From Candidatus Fraserbacteria bacterium (lineage in GTDB: Bacteria > Bipolaricaulota > Bipolaricaulia > RBG-16-55-9 > DRXL01): a DNA stretch of 64,000 nucleotides. Position numbers and translations under genes: made by a program. Location of the stretch: NCBI GenBank assembly GCA_037440025.1, contig JBBIUX010000004.1, positions 4,290 through 68,289 of the forward strand. Reading direction: 5' to 3'. Under the pieces are notes generated by a model. The model had not been told where the DNA came from and ran no database searches. It saw only the letters and a program-made list of their open reading frames with translations. Within the stretch, counting starts at the first letter, position 1; each line of letters opens with the position of its first letter. Shown one piece after another: positions 37,236 through 50,022 of this stretch.

Positions 37236-39530
37236 CTAGCGCAAGAGCACCAGCTTGCCTAGGGTTCGAGTTCTCAGTCCGTCGGGGTTCTCTATCGTGA
37301 GCACATACCAATAGAGCCCATTGGCCGGAGTGTGTGGCCAGCGCAACGCCAACGTCGGTCCCAAGCTCTCTTGTTCGACCAGACGGCGGCCGTCGAGCGC
37401 GTATACGGCTACTTTCAGAGAGCACCCTTCGCAGTTCTGTACGCTCCAGCGCATGGCACTGGGAACGAAGCGAACGCTGTGCTCTGCTGCACGAAGCTCA
37501 ATGAACGGCTCGATGCTTTCTGGTTTGATGAGCCGGAAGCGCTTGCGCCGATCGGCCAACTTGAGCGCCGCGCGCATCTGGGAAGAGACTTTATCAATGC
37601 GCGCGATGGCTCCGTTGAGTAGAGCACGCCATTGTGCAAACGCGAGCACGAGCTTATCGCGGGCGCTTCGGATCAACTCTGCGGGCGACAGCGCTTCGAT
37701 GGGGGTAGGCTCGACCACCAGGGCTTGCATTGCTGAGAGCCCATCTCCGGCTTCTGCGAGAAGATCGAGGGCCTCTTCGATCATCGCTTCGACGGTATCA
37801 ATACGTTCGTTGGCGCCGTCGGCGAACTCGCTCAGCGCGTCAATGGCTTTCTGGATGCGGGAGGCACGCTCGGTGCTTATTGTATTTGTCTCGACGAAGG
37901 CATCGACTTGGAAGCGCACCCCTTCAGCGCGCTGCGCCAGAGATTCCATCAAAAAGCGCGTATCGGCTAAAGAGACGAGCAGTTCATTGACGGTCTCTTG
38001 AGCTTGGCTGAGGAGCTGGCGGGCACGCTCATGGGCGCCGAAGCTATTGAGTAAACTAAGGGCTGAACGCAAATCTTCGAGGGGTTTGGAGAGACTCAAC
38101 GTGCGCCCGTGTTCGATGATATCGCGCTTCATCGCGCCGAGCTCATCGCGGCCTGTGGGGGTGAGCTTCTTCGCCGTGACGGAGACGGTGCACGATGCAC
38201 TCGCGCCCTCAGGATCTGTGACGGTCAGCTTCACAGAGTATGCGCCTTCTTTATCGGCTTTAAACGTTGTGATAGCACTAGTCGGGTTCTCAATGACGGC
38301 CTGGCTGTCGGTGGGTTTACTAACGAATGCCCATTGATATGTCAGAGCTTTTCCTTCGGGGTCGGATGAGCCGGAGCCGTCAAGAGCAACTGTCTGGCCG
38401 ACGAGGACTTCAGCTGGGACGGTGCCACAGCTTGCCGTAGGCGGCTGATTAGGGGGAGGTGCTTCGCTCACTTGAATACTCTGCTGAGCCGTATCTGTTG
38501 CTCCGGCGCTGTCCGTGACGGTCAGCTTAATCGTGGCTTTTCCCGGGGTAGTAGGGCAAGTGAAACTGACTTTTGCCCCCGTCGCATCGGGCTGGCCGTC
38601 GCCGTTGAAATCCCACTCGTATTTTACAATCTGGCCTCCGGGGTCAAAGGAGCCGGAGCCGTCCAGGGTGATCGTCTGACCGGTGTTACACGTATACGGT
38701 TCGGTATCGGGTTTGCCGTCGGGGATCGGGCCTGGGTCTGCAACCGGGGGCTCGTTGATGGTGGCGACGAGTTTCTGTTTGAGTGCGCTCTCCAAATCAG
38801 CAAAGGTCTTGATGATGATCACAAAGCCGTTCTTGTGACCGGGCGGGAAGGGAGGAGCTATAACCCCTGGTTGCGGCCAAGCCAATTGCAGCAGAAAGTC
38901 TTTAAATTCTGGCTCGCCCTCCACGTCGCCGATGCCCTCGGCATCGAGTTGATCAAGCCCGGCTCTGACAGCTTCATCCCGCGCCTCGAGTGTCTGTTTT
39001 CTGGCTTCTGATGGGGGAGAGGGCATGGTGGGCTGGCCATCGGAGATGATATTGAAGACCTGGCGCGCCCCGGCGCGAGCCTTGTCGCCCGTAATGAGGG
39101 TAGCAGCAAGCCGAACCCCGGAGACCATCGGCGTAAAGCCGCCCCCTTTGATGACCGCCTTGATCCGATCTGTGACAGAACCTACAGTTTGCGGCGTGAT
39201 AATGGTCATGGGGACTTCGACACGCGCACCGGGTATCCTCGTCGTTGGATCTGTCATATTGCTGCTAAACTGCACCATCCCGAATTCAATGGTGCCGTTT
39301 TGGGGCACGACGGCAGGATCGGAGATGGCGTTGGCAACCCCAGTGATCATGGTGGTAAAATCTGCACTGGATATACTCCCCGAGCCGTCAATGATAATCA
39401 CGAGCTGGACTGTGACGTTAGTGTTCGTCTGGGCGTTTGGGGCAACAACAAACAGACAGAGCAACCCCAGGCTCATCAGAAAAATTTTCGCGCTTGTGCG
39501 ACCCATACAAAAGCCTCCTTCACTGATCAC
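37236..39530 (-). CDS. Large secreted adhesin-like protein: N-terminal vWA domain, two PKD domains, a coiled-coil region, and a C-terminal T9SS-type (Por secretion tail) sorting domain.
   Basis: Signal peptide. vWA/MIDAS VIIIDGSGSISS. PKD signatures KYEWDFNGDGQPD and LTYQWAF...YSVKLTVTDPEG. C-terminus VAVYALDGRRLV...GLYWYVLTIENPDGLRTRTLGKLVLLR fits the TIGR04183-like pattern. Confidence 0.7.
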   Translation of the reverse strand: MISEGGFCMGRTSAKIFLMSLGLLCLFVVAPNAQTNTNVTVQLVIIIDGSGSISSADFTTMITGVANAISDPAVVPQNGTIEFGMVQFSSNMTDPTTRIPGARVEVPMTIITPQTVGSVTDRIKAVIKGGGFTPMVSGVRLAATLITGDKARAGARQVFNIISDGQPTMPSPPSEARKQTLEARDEAVRAGLDQLDAEGIGDVEGEPEFKDFLLQLAWPQPGVIAPPFPPGHKNGFVIIIKTFADLESALKQKLVATINEPPVADPGPIPDGKPDTEPYTCNTGQTITLDGSGSFDPGGQIVKYEWDFNGDGQPDATGAKVSFTCPTTPGKATIKLTVTDSAGATDTAQQSIQVSEAPPPNQPPTASCGTVPAEVLVGQTVALDGSGSSDPEGKALTYQWAFVSKPTDSQAVIENPTSAITTFKADKEGAYSVKLTVTDPEGASASCTVSVTAKKLTPTGRDELGAMKRDIIEHGRTLSLSKPLEDLRSALSLLNSFGAHERARQLLSQAQETVNELLVSLADTRFLMESLAQRAEGVRFQVDAFVETNTISTERASRIQKAIDALSEFADGANERIDTVEAMIEEALDLLAEAGDGLSAMQALVVEPTPIEALSPAELIRSARDKLVLAFAQWRALLNGAIARIDKVSSQMRAALKLADRRKRFRLIKPESIEPFIELRAAEHSVRFVPSAMRWSVQNCEGCSLKVAVYALDGRRLVEQESLGPTLALRWPHTPANGLYWYVLTIENPDGLRTRTLGKLVLLR

Positions 39531-39599
39531 GCTCTGAGATCATTATAGCACAAGAAGCCCCGTAAGCAATGTAATTGGCATCACGTCCTATTGCGCAAA

Positions 39600-40766
39600 T
39601 CAGTTGATGGCTTGACGTAATGCCTCTGCACGGTCAGTCTGTTCCCAGGGCACATCGAGATCGCTTCGGCCCAAATGCCCGTAGGCCGCCAGCGGTGTGT
39701 AGATGGGCCGACGGAGATTCAATCTCTCAATAATTGCAGCGGGACGGAAGTCAAAGTGCTCACGGATGAGTTTAGCCAGCTCCCCGTTGGGAAGCTTTCC
39801 GCTGCCAAACGTATCAACCGTGATGGCAAGTGGGCGGGCTTGGCCAATGGCATAAGCGACTTGGACCTCGCACTCGGTGGCCAACCCCGCCGCGACGATG
39901 TTCTTGGCGACGTAGCGCGCATAATAGCTCGCCGAGCGATCGACTTTTGTGGGATCTTTGCCGGAAAAAGCCCCGCCGCCGTGGCTGCCGTAGCCTCCGT
40001 ATGTATCGACTTCGATCTTGCGCCCGGTCATGCCCGTATCGCCGCAGGGGCCGCCCACTTCAAACCGCCCCGACGGATTGACCAAGATCACCGTCTTCGG
40101 GTCGAGCCATCTCCCTAGAACAGGGCGCACGACATACTCAGTCAGGTCGCGTCGGATTTGCTCTTGGGGGACGTCTCCGTCGTGTTGGGCCGAGAGCACC
40201 ACGGTGTGCGCCCGCACGGGATGGCCCTTCTCGTCGTACTCGATAGTCACTTGGGATTTGCCATCGGGGCGCAGATAAGGGAGCTTCTTGCTGCGGCGCA
40301 GCTCAGCGAGCTTGCGCACCAGCGCGTGGGCGAGCATGATAGGAAGCGGCATCAGCTCGGGGGTCTCTCTGCAAGCGTAGCCGTACATGATTCCCTGGTC
40401 ACCCGCGCCGAGGCTCTCGTATTTATCAGAGCTTGATTGTTTGAGCACAGCTCCGGCGATATCTGGGGACTGCTCATGGATCGAGACGAGCACGCCGCAG
40501 CTGTCGGCATCGAAGCCATACTCGGGCTTGTCGTAGCCGATCTTTCGAATCGTCTCTCGGGCGATTGTGGCGTAATCCACGCGCGCTGACGTCGTGATCT
40601 CCCCGGCGATCAAGACCAGCCCATTCGTAGCGAAGGTCTCGCAGGCCACGCGGGCATATGGGTCTTGGGTGAGAAGAGCGTCGAGAATGGCATCGGAAAT
40701 CTGATCGCACAGCTTATCGGGGTGTCCTTCAGCAACTGACTCAGAAGTGAAAAGATACATGCTCAT
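39600..40766 (-). CDS. metK: S-adenosylmethionine synthetase. Start set at MSMYLFTSE, which has an AAGGGAAG RBS.
   Basis: [12 protein letters not shown] and GAGDQG motifs. Confidence 0.95.
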   Translation of the reverse strand: MSMYLFTSESVAEGHPDKLCDQISDAILDALLTQDPYARVACETFATNGLVLIAGEITTSARVDYATIARETIRKIGYDKPEYGFDADSCGVLVSIHEQSPDIAGAVLKQSSSDKYESLGAGDQGIMYGYACRETPELMPLPIMLAHALVRKLAELRRSKKLPYLRPDGKSQVTIEYDEKGHPVRAHTVVLSAQHDGDVPQEQIRRDLTEYVVRPVLGRWLDPKTVILVNPSGRFEVGGPCGDTGMTGRKIEVDTYGGYGSHGGGAFSGKDPTKVDRSASYYARYVAKNIVAAGLATECEVQVAYAIGQARPLAITVDTFGSGKLPNGELAKLIREHFDFRPAAIIERLNLRRPIYTPLAAYGHLGRSDLDVPWEQTDRAEALRQAIN

Positions 40767-40866
40767 AAATGTCTTCCCTTGGCTATAAGCCAGATCGTCC
40801 TTGTCCGAATTATAGCAAGCCCATCTTCGGTAAGCTAGTACTCGAGCCAGGCGAAGGTTGTAGGAT

Positions 40867-40942
40867 GTCATTCTGAGCGTAGCGAAGAATCTCTCCTTTT
40901 GTGGGACAGGAGATTCTTCGTCGCTTCGCTCCTCAGAATGAC
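40867..40942. other. Long imperfect hairpin (~30 bp stem) in the divergent metK-uppP intergenic region, within the predicted metK 5' leader.
   Basis: GTCATTCTGAGCGTAGCGAAGAATCTC...GAGATTCTTCGTCGCTTCGCTCCTCAGAATGAC, read directly. Confidence 0.5.
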
Positions 40943-40987
40943 ACCTTCTGCCGTTGCATTACTGATTGATGTTGATTAAGATGAACG

Positions 40988-41776
40988 ATGCTTCCGTTTA
41001 TCCTTTTGGGGATTTTGCAGGGGCTCACGGAATTTTTGCCCATCAGTAGCTCTGGGCACTTGGCGCTGGCCGAGCAGCTCTTTCGTGTGCATAAGCCGGG
41101 GATCGTCTTCGATATCTTTGTGCACTTCGGGACGTTGCTGTCGGTGCTGTGGGTCTTTCGTCAAAAAGTTTGGCGCTTGGTGCTCGCGCCCTTTCGCGGG
41201 GGAGAAGACCTGAGACTGTTGGGAATGCTGATCGTTGGCTCGATCCCGACGGGGATTTTGGGGCTGGCGCTGGATTCTGTCGCCGAAGCGGCGTTTGCAC
41301 AAAGCTGGGCGGTGGGAGCGGGCCTGCTCATCACCGCGATAGTTCTCTTTTTTGTCGAGCGCCGAGGCGTGGCAAGCGCAAAGCCGTTAGAGCAGCTCCA
41401 TTGGCAAGAGGCGCTCTGGGTGGGGCTGGCACAGGGGATCGCCGTCTTGCCGGGGATTTCGCGCAGTGGCAGCACGATTGCGATGGGGCTTCTCTGTGGG
41501 CTGCGCCGCACCGACGCTGCCGAATTTTCGTTCTTGCTCTTCATCCCCGCGATCGTGGGAGCGACGGCTTTAAAGCTCGGCGAGGCGCTCTCCAATCCTG
41601 GAGCGCACGGGGCTTTCTGGGGGAGTTATCTTGCTGGGACGGTGGTCGCCTTTCTGTCGGGGATTGTTGCGATTCGCTTCTTGATGCGATTCTTGCGCGA
41701 GCGGCGCTTGACGCCGTTTGGGATCTACTGTGCTATGTTGGGCATTGTTGCGATCTTGTGGCATGTCGCCCGCTAG
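40988..41776 (+). CDS. uppP: Undecaprenyl-diphosphate phosphatase (BacA/UppP).
   Basis: BacA family conserved segments (EFLPISSSGHL, PGISRSG). Confidence 0.9.
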   Translation: MLPFILLGILQGLTEFLPISSSGHLALAEQLFRVHKPGIVFDIFVHFGTLLSVLWVFRQKVWRLVLAPFRGGEDLRLLGMLIVGSIPTGILGLALDSVAEAAFAQSWAVGAGLLITAIVLFFVERRGVASAKPLEQLHWQEALWVGLAQGIAVLPGISRSGSTIAMGLLCGLRRTDAAEFSFLLFIPAIVGATALKLGEALSNPGAHGAFWGSYLAGTVVAFLSGIVAIRFLMRFLRERRLTPFGIYCAMLGIVAILWHVAR

Positions 41777-41868
41777 TTTTCCGAGTTTGTGCTTGACGAT
41801 TTCGCACAAGTGCAGTATCATTCCCCCGGCAAATTCTATTACTATACTTTATGGAGGTGGCCTGCGCT

Positions 41869-45146
<3,278 letters not shown>

Positions 45147-45150
<4 letters not shown>

Positions 45151-45881
45151 TCCAACGGATGTATGTCGTCGAATCACTTGATTCTACTAATGACTATCTC
45201 AAAGAACTAGCGCGATCCGGCGCATCCGAAGGCACTGTCGTCATCGCGCGAGAACAGACGGCAGGCAAAGGACGTCTAGGACGAGCATGGGTCTCTCCGG
45301 TCGGCGGCGCATGGTTCTCGTTCTTGCTGAGGCCTAAGATCACGCTCGACCAAGCAGGTTGTATCTCGATATTGTTGGCCGTGTCGCTCGCGCAAGCCCT
45401 TAGAGAACGATGGAGCGTGCCCGTCGGGGTTAAGTGGCCCAACGATCTCTATGTAAGAAATCGCAAGCTGGGTGGAGTCCTGATCGAGCTGAGTAGCCAA
45501 GCCGAGAGCATCGAGTGGCTCGTCGCGGGTATCGGTATCAATGTCAATAACGAGCCGCCGAAAGATACTCGCGTCCCGGCGACGTCGCTTGCCCACGAGC
45601 TAGGGAAACGAATCTCACTCGAAGAGTTTTTCGACACGGTGCTTGAGGCCATCGCGCAAGACTATCAAAGATTTTTAGCGGAGGGGTTTGAATTTATCCG
45701 TCAGCGCTGGAAGGAGCTATCTGTTCTCACGCAGCACATAGGCATCTCTAGTAGCACAGGGCTGCTGAAAGTTGAGGTGCTAGGGCTCGCCGAATCAGGT
45801 AAACTCATCGTGCGCACAGAAGAGGGCGTGCGCGAACTCAGCAGTGAGGAAGTGACTCTATGCCTGCCAGCGCTGTCTTAG
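45147..45881 (+). CDS. birA: Biotin--[acetyl-CoA-carboxylase] ligase (ligase domain only).
   Basis: GRLGRAWVSP..GGAWFS motif. ATGA overlap with ileS. Confidence 0.85.
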
Positions 45882-47170
45882 GTGCTCAATGGGGTGACGA
45901 AGGCAAGGGCAAGGTAGTGCACTTGTTCTCACGCGACGCCGATTACTGCGTGCGCTTTAACGGGGGAACGAACGCCGGCCATCGCGTCGTCACCAGTCGC
46001 ATCCCCGCGTTCGTTGGAGCCAACGGTGACGACGAGCCCACAGAGACTCAAGAGTTCAAGTTTCACCTCATTCCCTCAGGAGCGCTCCACAAAGGCTGCA
46101 CCGGTGTTTTAGGGCATGGCATGGTCATTGACCCTTACGCGCTCGTGCAAGAGCTGAACGCCCTGCGCGAGCTGCGCGGCCGAGAGCCAGATATCTTTGT
46201 CAGCTCCAACGCGCATTTGCTGCTGCCCTACCATCCCATCGTCGAACGATTAGAAGGCTCCCAAACGGCGCTAGACACGACGGCCAAGGGCATCGGACCG
46301 GCCTATCGCGACAAGACGGCCCGCATTGGCCTGAGAATGGCCGACCTGCTCTTCCCTGAAAGATTTTTAGAAAAGCTCTCTCTCGTATTGGAGCGTTATC
46401 GCACAGTGTGGCCCGATCACGCCGAGATGAGCCGCCTGCAGGCAGACACGCTCGCCGACGACGTGCTGACACTTGCAGAGGGCTTTCGGGATCGCATTGT
46501 GGACACGGTGCATCTGCTGCACGACGCTCTTGATCGAAATAAGTATATTATTTTTGAGGGTGCACAGGCAGCGTTGCTCGACCTCGATTTGGGAACGTAC
46601 CCATACGTGACGTCCTCCACGGCGACAATAGGTGGGATTGGCTCAGGAGCCGGTGTGCCTCCTCAGCAAGTGAGTCGTGTGATTGGGGTTGCCAAAGCTT
46701 ATACAACGCGCGTGGGCAGTGGGCCTTTCCCTACAGAAGCCACAGATAGCACTGGTGAACGCCTGCGCGCGCAAGGGCACGAGTTTGGAACGACGACGGG
46801 GCGGCCGCGCCGCTGCGGCTGGCTCGATCTCGTCGCGTTGCGCTATGCAGTGATGGTCAACGGCTTTACTGAGATGGCCCTGACCAAGCTTGATGTGCTC
46901 ACGGGTTTTTCAGAGATTCCAGTGGCGGTGGGCTATCGCTGTCGCGGGCGCACGCTGCAAGAGTTTTCGGCGATTTGTGAGGTATTACAAGAGTGTCAGC
47001 CCCTCTATGAACGATTGCCTGGCTGGCAGGAGCCCCTCTCCGACTGCCGCGACTTTTTTGACCTCCCCACGGCAGCTCAAAAGTATGTACGTTTCATCGA
47101 GGATGAAGTGGGGGTTCCCATCTCGATCATCTCTGTCGGTCCAGGCGACGAGCAGAACCTCTGGCGCTAG
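45860..47170 (+). CDS. purA: Adenylosuccinate synthetase.
   Basis: GAQWGDEGKGK P-loop and a GxxTTGRPRRCGW motif. Confidence 0.95.
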   Translation: MPASAVLGAQWGDEGKGKVVHLFSRDADYCVRFNGGTNAGHRVVTSRIPAFVGANGDDEPTETQEFKFHLIPSGALHKGCTGVLGHGMVIDPYALVQELNALRELRGREPDIFVSSNAHLLLPYHPIVERLEGSQTALDTTAKGIGPAYRDKTARIGLRMADLLFPERFLEKLSLVLERYRTVWPDHAEMSRLQADTLADDVLTLAEGFRDRIVDTVHLLHDALDRNKYIIFEGAQAALLDLDLGTYPYVTSSTATIGGIGSGAGVPPQQVSRVIGVAKAYTTRVGSGPFPTEATDSTGERLRAQGHEFGTTTGRPRRCGWLDLVALRYAVMVNGFTEMALTKLDVLTGFSEIPVAVGYRCRGRTLQEFSAICEVLQECQPLYERLPGWQEPLSDCRDFFDLPTAAQKYVRFIEDEVGVPISIISVGPGDEQNLWR

Positions 47171-47220
47171 AGGCGGTCCCAATCCATGAATGCCGCAGGG
47201 AATCGCGTTTTTGTGGAGGC

Positions 47221-47249
47221 TTGTCTTTGATCCTTCTACGTGCTACAAT
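47221..47249 (+). promoter_or_regulatory. Sigma70-like promoter TTGTCT-17nt-TACAAT upstream of a small ORF.
   Basis: Read directly. Confidence 0.35.
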
Positions 47250-47285
47250 GAAATTGAAGATTTCTCCTGAGTAAAGGGGGCGCAT

Positions 47286-47483
47286 ATGAGAAAGGCGGCG
47301 CGTATACTCACAGGGAGCTTGGTCAGCCTCACGACACTCAGCCGTGTTAGTTTTGCGCAACAGGCGTCGAGCAGTCCCTACCAACCCAACGGCCCGGAGA
47401 TGGTCTTTCTCTTGGTTCTTGTCGCCTTTGCTATTGGGGGTTGGGTTGGGTATGAGTGGATCCGCAAGAGCAGAAGCGTATAG
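47286..47483 (+). CDS. Hypothetical small secreted/membrane protein (65 aa).
   Basis: An AAAGGGGG RBS 6 nt upstream. An N-terminal signal-like segment plus a C-terminal transmembrane helix. Confidence 0.35.
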   Translation: MRKAARILTGSLVSLTTLSRVSFAQQASSSPYQPNGPEMVFLLVLVAFAIGGWVGYEWIRKSRSV

Positions 47484-47772
47484 AGATTGATCCAGGGAGC
47501 TCGTGAGGCCATTATCTTTACCTCATCCCTGGAAGAGACCTGACGAGGGCTTCATCGGGTTTCGAGATTCTCTCGGTGAAGGCTGCAATTCGTCAGGTCG
47601 GAACCCCCTTTCCCGCGGGACGGTCCCCCCGGGCCGTCCCGTTCCTTCCTTTTGAAATTTTGCTCCCCTTTCCTTGTTTGATAAAGATCAATAGCCACAC
47701 TGATCGGCATCATGGCTCACCTCGCCCAAGCTCCGTAAGATAGCTTTGGAACCTTGAAGAAAGGGGACCCGT

Positions 47773-49125
47773 ATGAGCGTCTTGCTAAGCCCGCGACAGG
47801 AGACAAGACCATTGATCTGGCGCGAGGTTCACCCTCCCTTGGAAGAGCCGGAAGCACTGATCGAGGCCGATCGCTGTCTTGAGTGCGGAGGGCCGTACGC
47901 CCCAGCTCCCTGCACAGCCGCTTGCCCGGCCCGCGTCCCAGTACCGCAGTTCATCCGAGCGATTCGCGAAGGCCGCCCCGAGGAGGCCGCCCGTCTCATC
48001 TTTGAAGCCAACATTGTAGGGGGCAGCTGCGCCCGCGTCTGCCCTGTAGAAGAGCTCTGTGAAGGAGCCTGTGTGCTGACCAAAGAGGGCCGCCGTGCTG
48101 TCTCCATTGGGCGCCTGCAACGCTATGCGACCGATGTGGCCCTGCAACATCAGATGAACTTCTTCGCTCGTCCCGCTTGGAAGACTCAGAGCGTCGGGGT
48201 CATCGGGGCCGGGCCTGCGGGGTTGGCATGTGCGGCTGAGCTGGCTAAGTTGGGCTACGAAGTCGTCGTCTATGAAAGTCGCCCCGCCCCAGGGGGATTG
48301 GTCACATCGGCCATCGCGCCCTACAAACAGATGAAAGAGCCGTTGCCTGCTGAAGTCGCCATGATCGAGCGACTGGGTGTGAAACTGCACTATGGGATGA
48401 CCGTTGGGAAAGATATTGCTATAGAAGAGCTTGAGCACCGACACCATGCGATCTTTCTCGGCGTCGGCTTGGGTGCGGATACGAAGGCGGGCCTTCCAGG
48501 CGAAGAGCTGCTGGGTGTCTGGGACTCGCTAGATTTTATCGGCCAGATCAAGCAGGGACATCTGCCGAAGATCGGCCCCACGGTGGCCGTCATCGGCGGC
48601 GGCAACACAGCCATTGACGTCGCCCGCGAGGCGGTGCGCCTTGGAGCGACCAACGTTATGGTACTCTATCGGCGTACCGAAGACCAAATGCCAGCCTTCA
48701 AGCATGAAGTCAAAGCCGCTCGCAAAGAGGGCGTGCACTACTATTGGCTGACGGCGCCCATACGGTTGATCGGCGACGGCAAAGTCAGACAAATCGAGTG
48801 TGTGCACATGAAGCTGGGTGCGGCAGATAGATCGGGCCGACCCGCCCCGGAGCCCGTTCCCGGCACAGAGTTCACCCTTGACGTCGACACGGTTATCAAA
48901 GCTATTGGGCAAGAGAAGCGCGTCGGGTTTTTCAAACAACTGGGATTGGAAACCGAAGGCGGGTTGGTCAAAGTCGGTGAAGGCTTTCAGACGAGCCGTG
49001 CCAAATACTTTGCGGGCGGCGATTGTGTCAACGGGGGCGATACGGTGGTCGAAGCTGTCCGACACGGCAAGATTGCTGCTCAAAGCATAGCGAAGTTCCT
49101 GTCGAAGGGGGGAGCTGATGCTTGA
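47773..49125 (+). CDS. GltD-family NAD(P)H-dependent FAD/Fe-S oxidoreductase (glutamate synthase small subunit-like or NfnB/SudA-like).
   Basis: N-terminal Cys cluster (CLECGGPY..C..C). Two dinucleotide folds (GVIGAGPAGLACA and VIGGGNTAIDVA). It lies upstream of the por/kor genes. Confidence 0.8.
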   Translation: MSVLLSPRQETRPLIWREVHPPLEEPEALIEADRCLECGGPYAPAPCTAACPARVPVPQFIRAIREGRPEEAARLIFEANIVGGSCARVCPVEELCEGACVLTKEGRRAVSIGRLQRYATDVALQHQMNFFARPAWKTQSVGVIGAGPAGLACAAELAKLGYEVVVYESRPAPGGLVTSAIAPYKQMKEPLPAEVAMIERLGVKLHYGMTVGKDIAIEELEHRHHAIFLGVGLGADTKAGLPGEELLGVWDSLDFIGQIKQGHLPKIGPTVAVIGGGNTAIDVAREAVRLGATNVMVLYRRTEDQMPAFKHEVKAARKEGVHYYWLTAPIRLIGDGKVRQIECVHMKLGAADRSGRPAPEPVPGTEFTLDVDTVIKAIGQEKRVGFFKQLGLETEGGLVKVGEGFQTSRAKYFAGGDCVNGGDTVVEAVRHGKIAAQSIAKFLSKGGADA

Positions 49126-49699
49126 GATTCGTTGGCACGGGCGCGGTGGGCAAGGGGCCAAGACGGTGTCGCAGTGCTTGGCTGGAGCAGCACTCCGGCG
49201 CGGACAGTACGCACAAGCGTTCCCCGAATACGGCCCGGAGCGCAGTGGTGCCCCAATGAAAGCTTTCAATCGGCTCGACACCAAGGAGATTCGCTTGCAC
49301 TGTAGCGTGTACGAGCCGGACATCGTTGTGGTGCTTGACCCAACGCTGCTGCAAGCCAAAGAAGCCCGCGTCACCGATGGGCTGAAGCGGCAGGGGACGT
49401 TGCTTGTTAACACACCGCGTACTCCCGATGAGATTGGGCAGCAAACGGGCTTTGTGGGAAAGATTGTCACACTCGATGCGGAGGCGCTGGCTCGCTCTGT
49501 CGGCGCGCGGTTCTCCAACGTCGTGATGGTAGGAGCTCTGGCGCGCTTGATAGGAGACATCGCTCTCGAAGAGTTGGAGCAAGAATTTTCGCAGGCATTT
49601 GGTGAAAAAGCGCTGACAACTAATATCGCGGCCCTGCGTGCCGGCTTCTCTGCAGTCAACGGGAACTTGGGCGAGACCCGTGAGGAGGCGTCATCGTGA
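49118..49699 (+). CDS. porG: 2-oxoacid:ferredoxin oxidoreductase gamma subunit (Por/Vor gamma).
   Basis: MLEIRWHGRGGQGAKT N-terminus typical of gamma subunits. Gamma-delta-alpha-beta gene order. Confidence 0.8.
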   Translation: MLEIRWHGRGGQGAKTVSQCLAGAALRRGQYAQAFPEYGPERSGAPMKAFNRLDTKEIRLHCSVYEPDIVVVLDPTLLQAKEARVTDGLKRQGTLLVNTPRTPDEIGQQTGFVGKIVTLDAEALARSVGARFSNVVMVGALARLIGDIALEELEQEFSQAFGEKALTTNIAALRAGFSAVNGNLGETREEASS

Positions 49700-50022
49700 A
49701 GCGGTATCAAGAATTACCCATCGGAGGGGTCGTCCCCGGAGGCGCAACGCCCCAATTAGTCCAGACCGGAGGCTGGCGGTCTGGGAAGAAACCCCTCTTC
49801 GATGAAAAACTCTGTGTGAACTGCCTGCTGTGCTGGGTTCATTGTCCCGAAGCAACGATTATCGTCGAACGGGCTCAGATGCGCGGCTTCAGCTACGATC
49901 ACTGTAAGGGATGTGGTATCTGTTCGCAAGCCTGTCCGACGGGCGCCATCGCGATGGTCGCAGAAGCGGCGGACGAACCCCAGATACCGGAACAGAAAGT
50001 GGGGGAGGAAGTATGCGCGTAG
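49696..50022 (+). CDS. porD: 2-oxoacid:ferredoxin oxidoreductase delta subunit (2x[4Fe-4S] ferredoxin).
   Basis: CVNCLLCWVHCPE and CKGCGICSQACP motifs. Confidence 0.8.
   Translation: MKRYQELPIGGVVPGGATPQLVQTGGWRSGKKPLFDEKLCVNCLLCWVHCPEATIIVERAQMRGFSYDHCKGCGICSQACPTGAIAMVAEAADEPQIPEQKVGEEVCA

Noticed and set aside
40767-40987. SAM-I riboswitch in the metK leader
   Set aside because: I could not find the conserved SAM-I core sequence blocks on the metK strand. It is reported instead as an unexplained hairpin.
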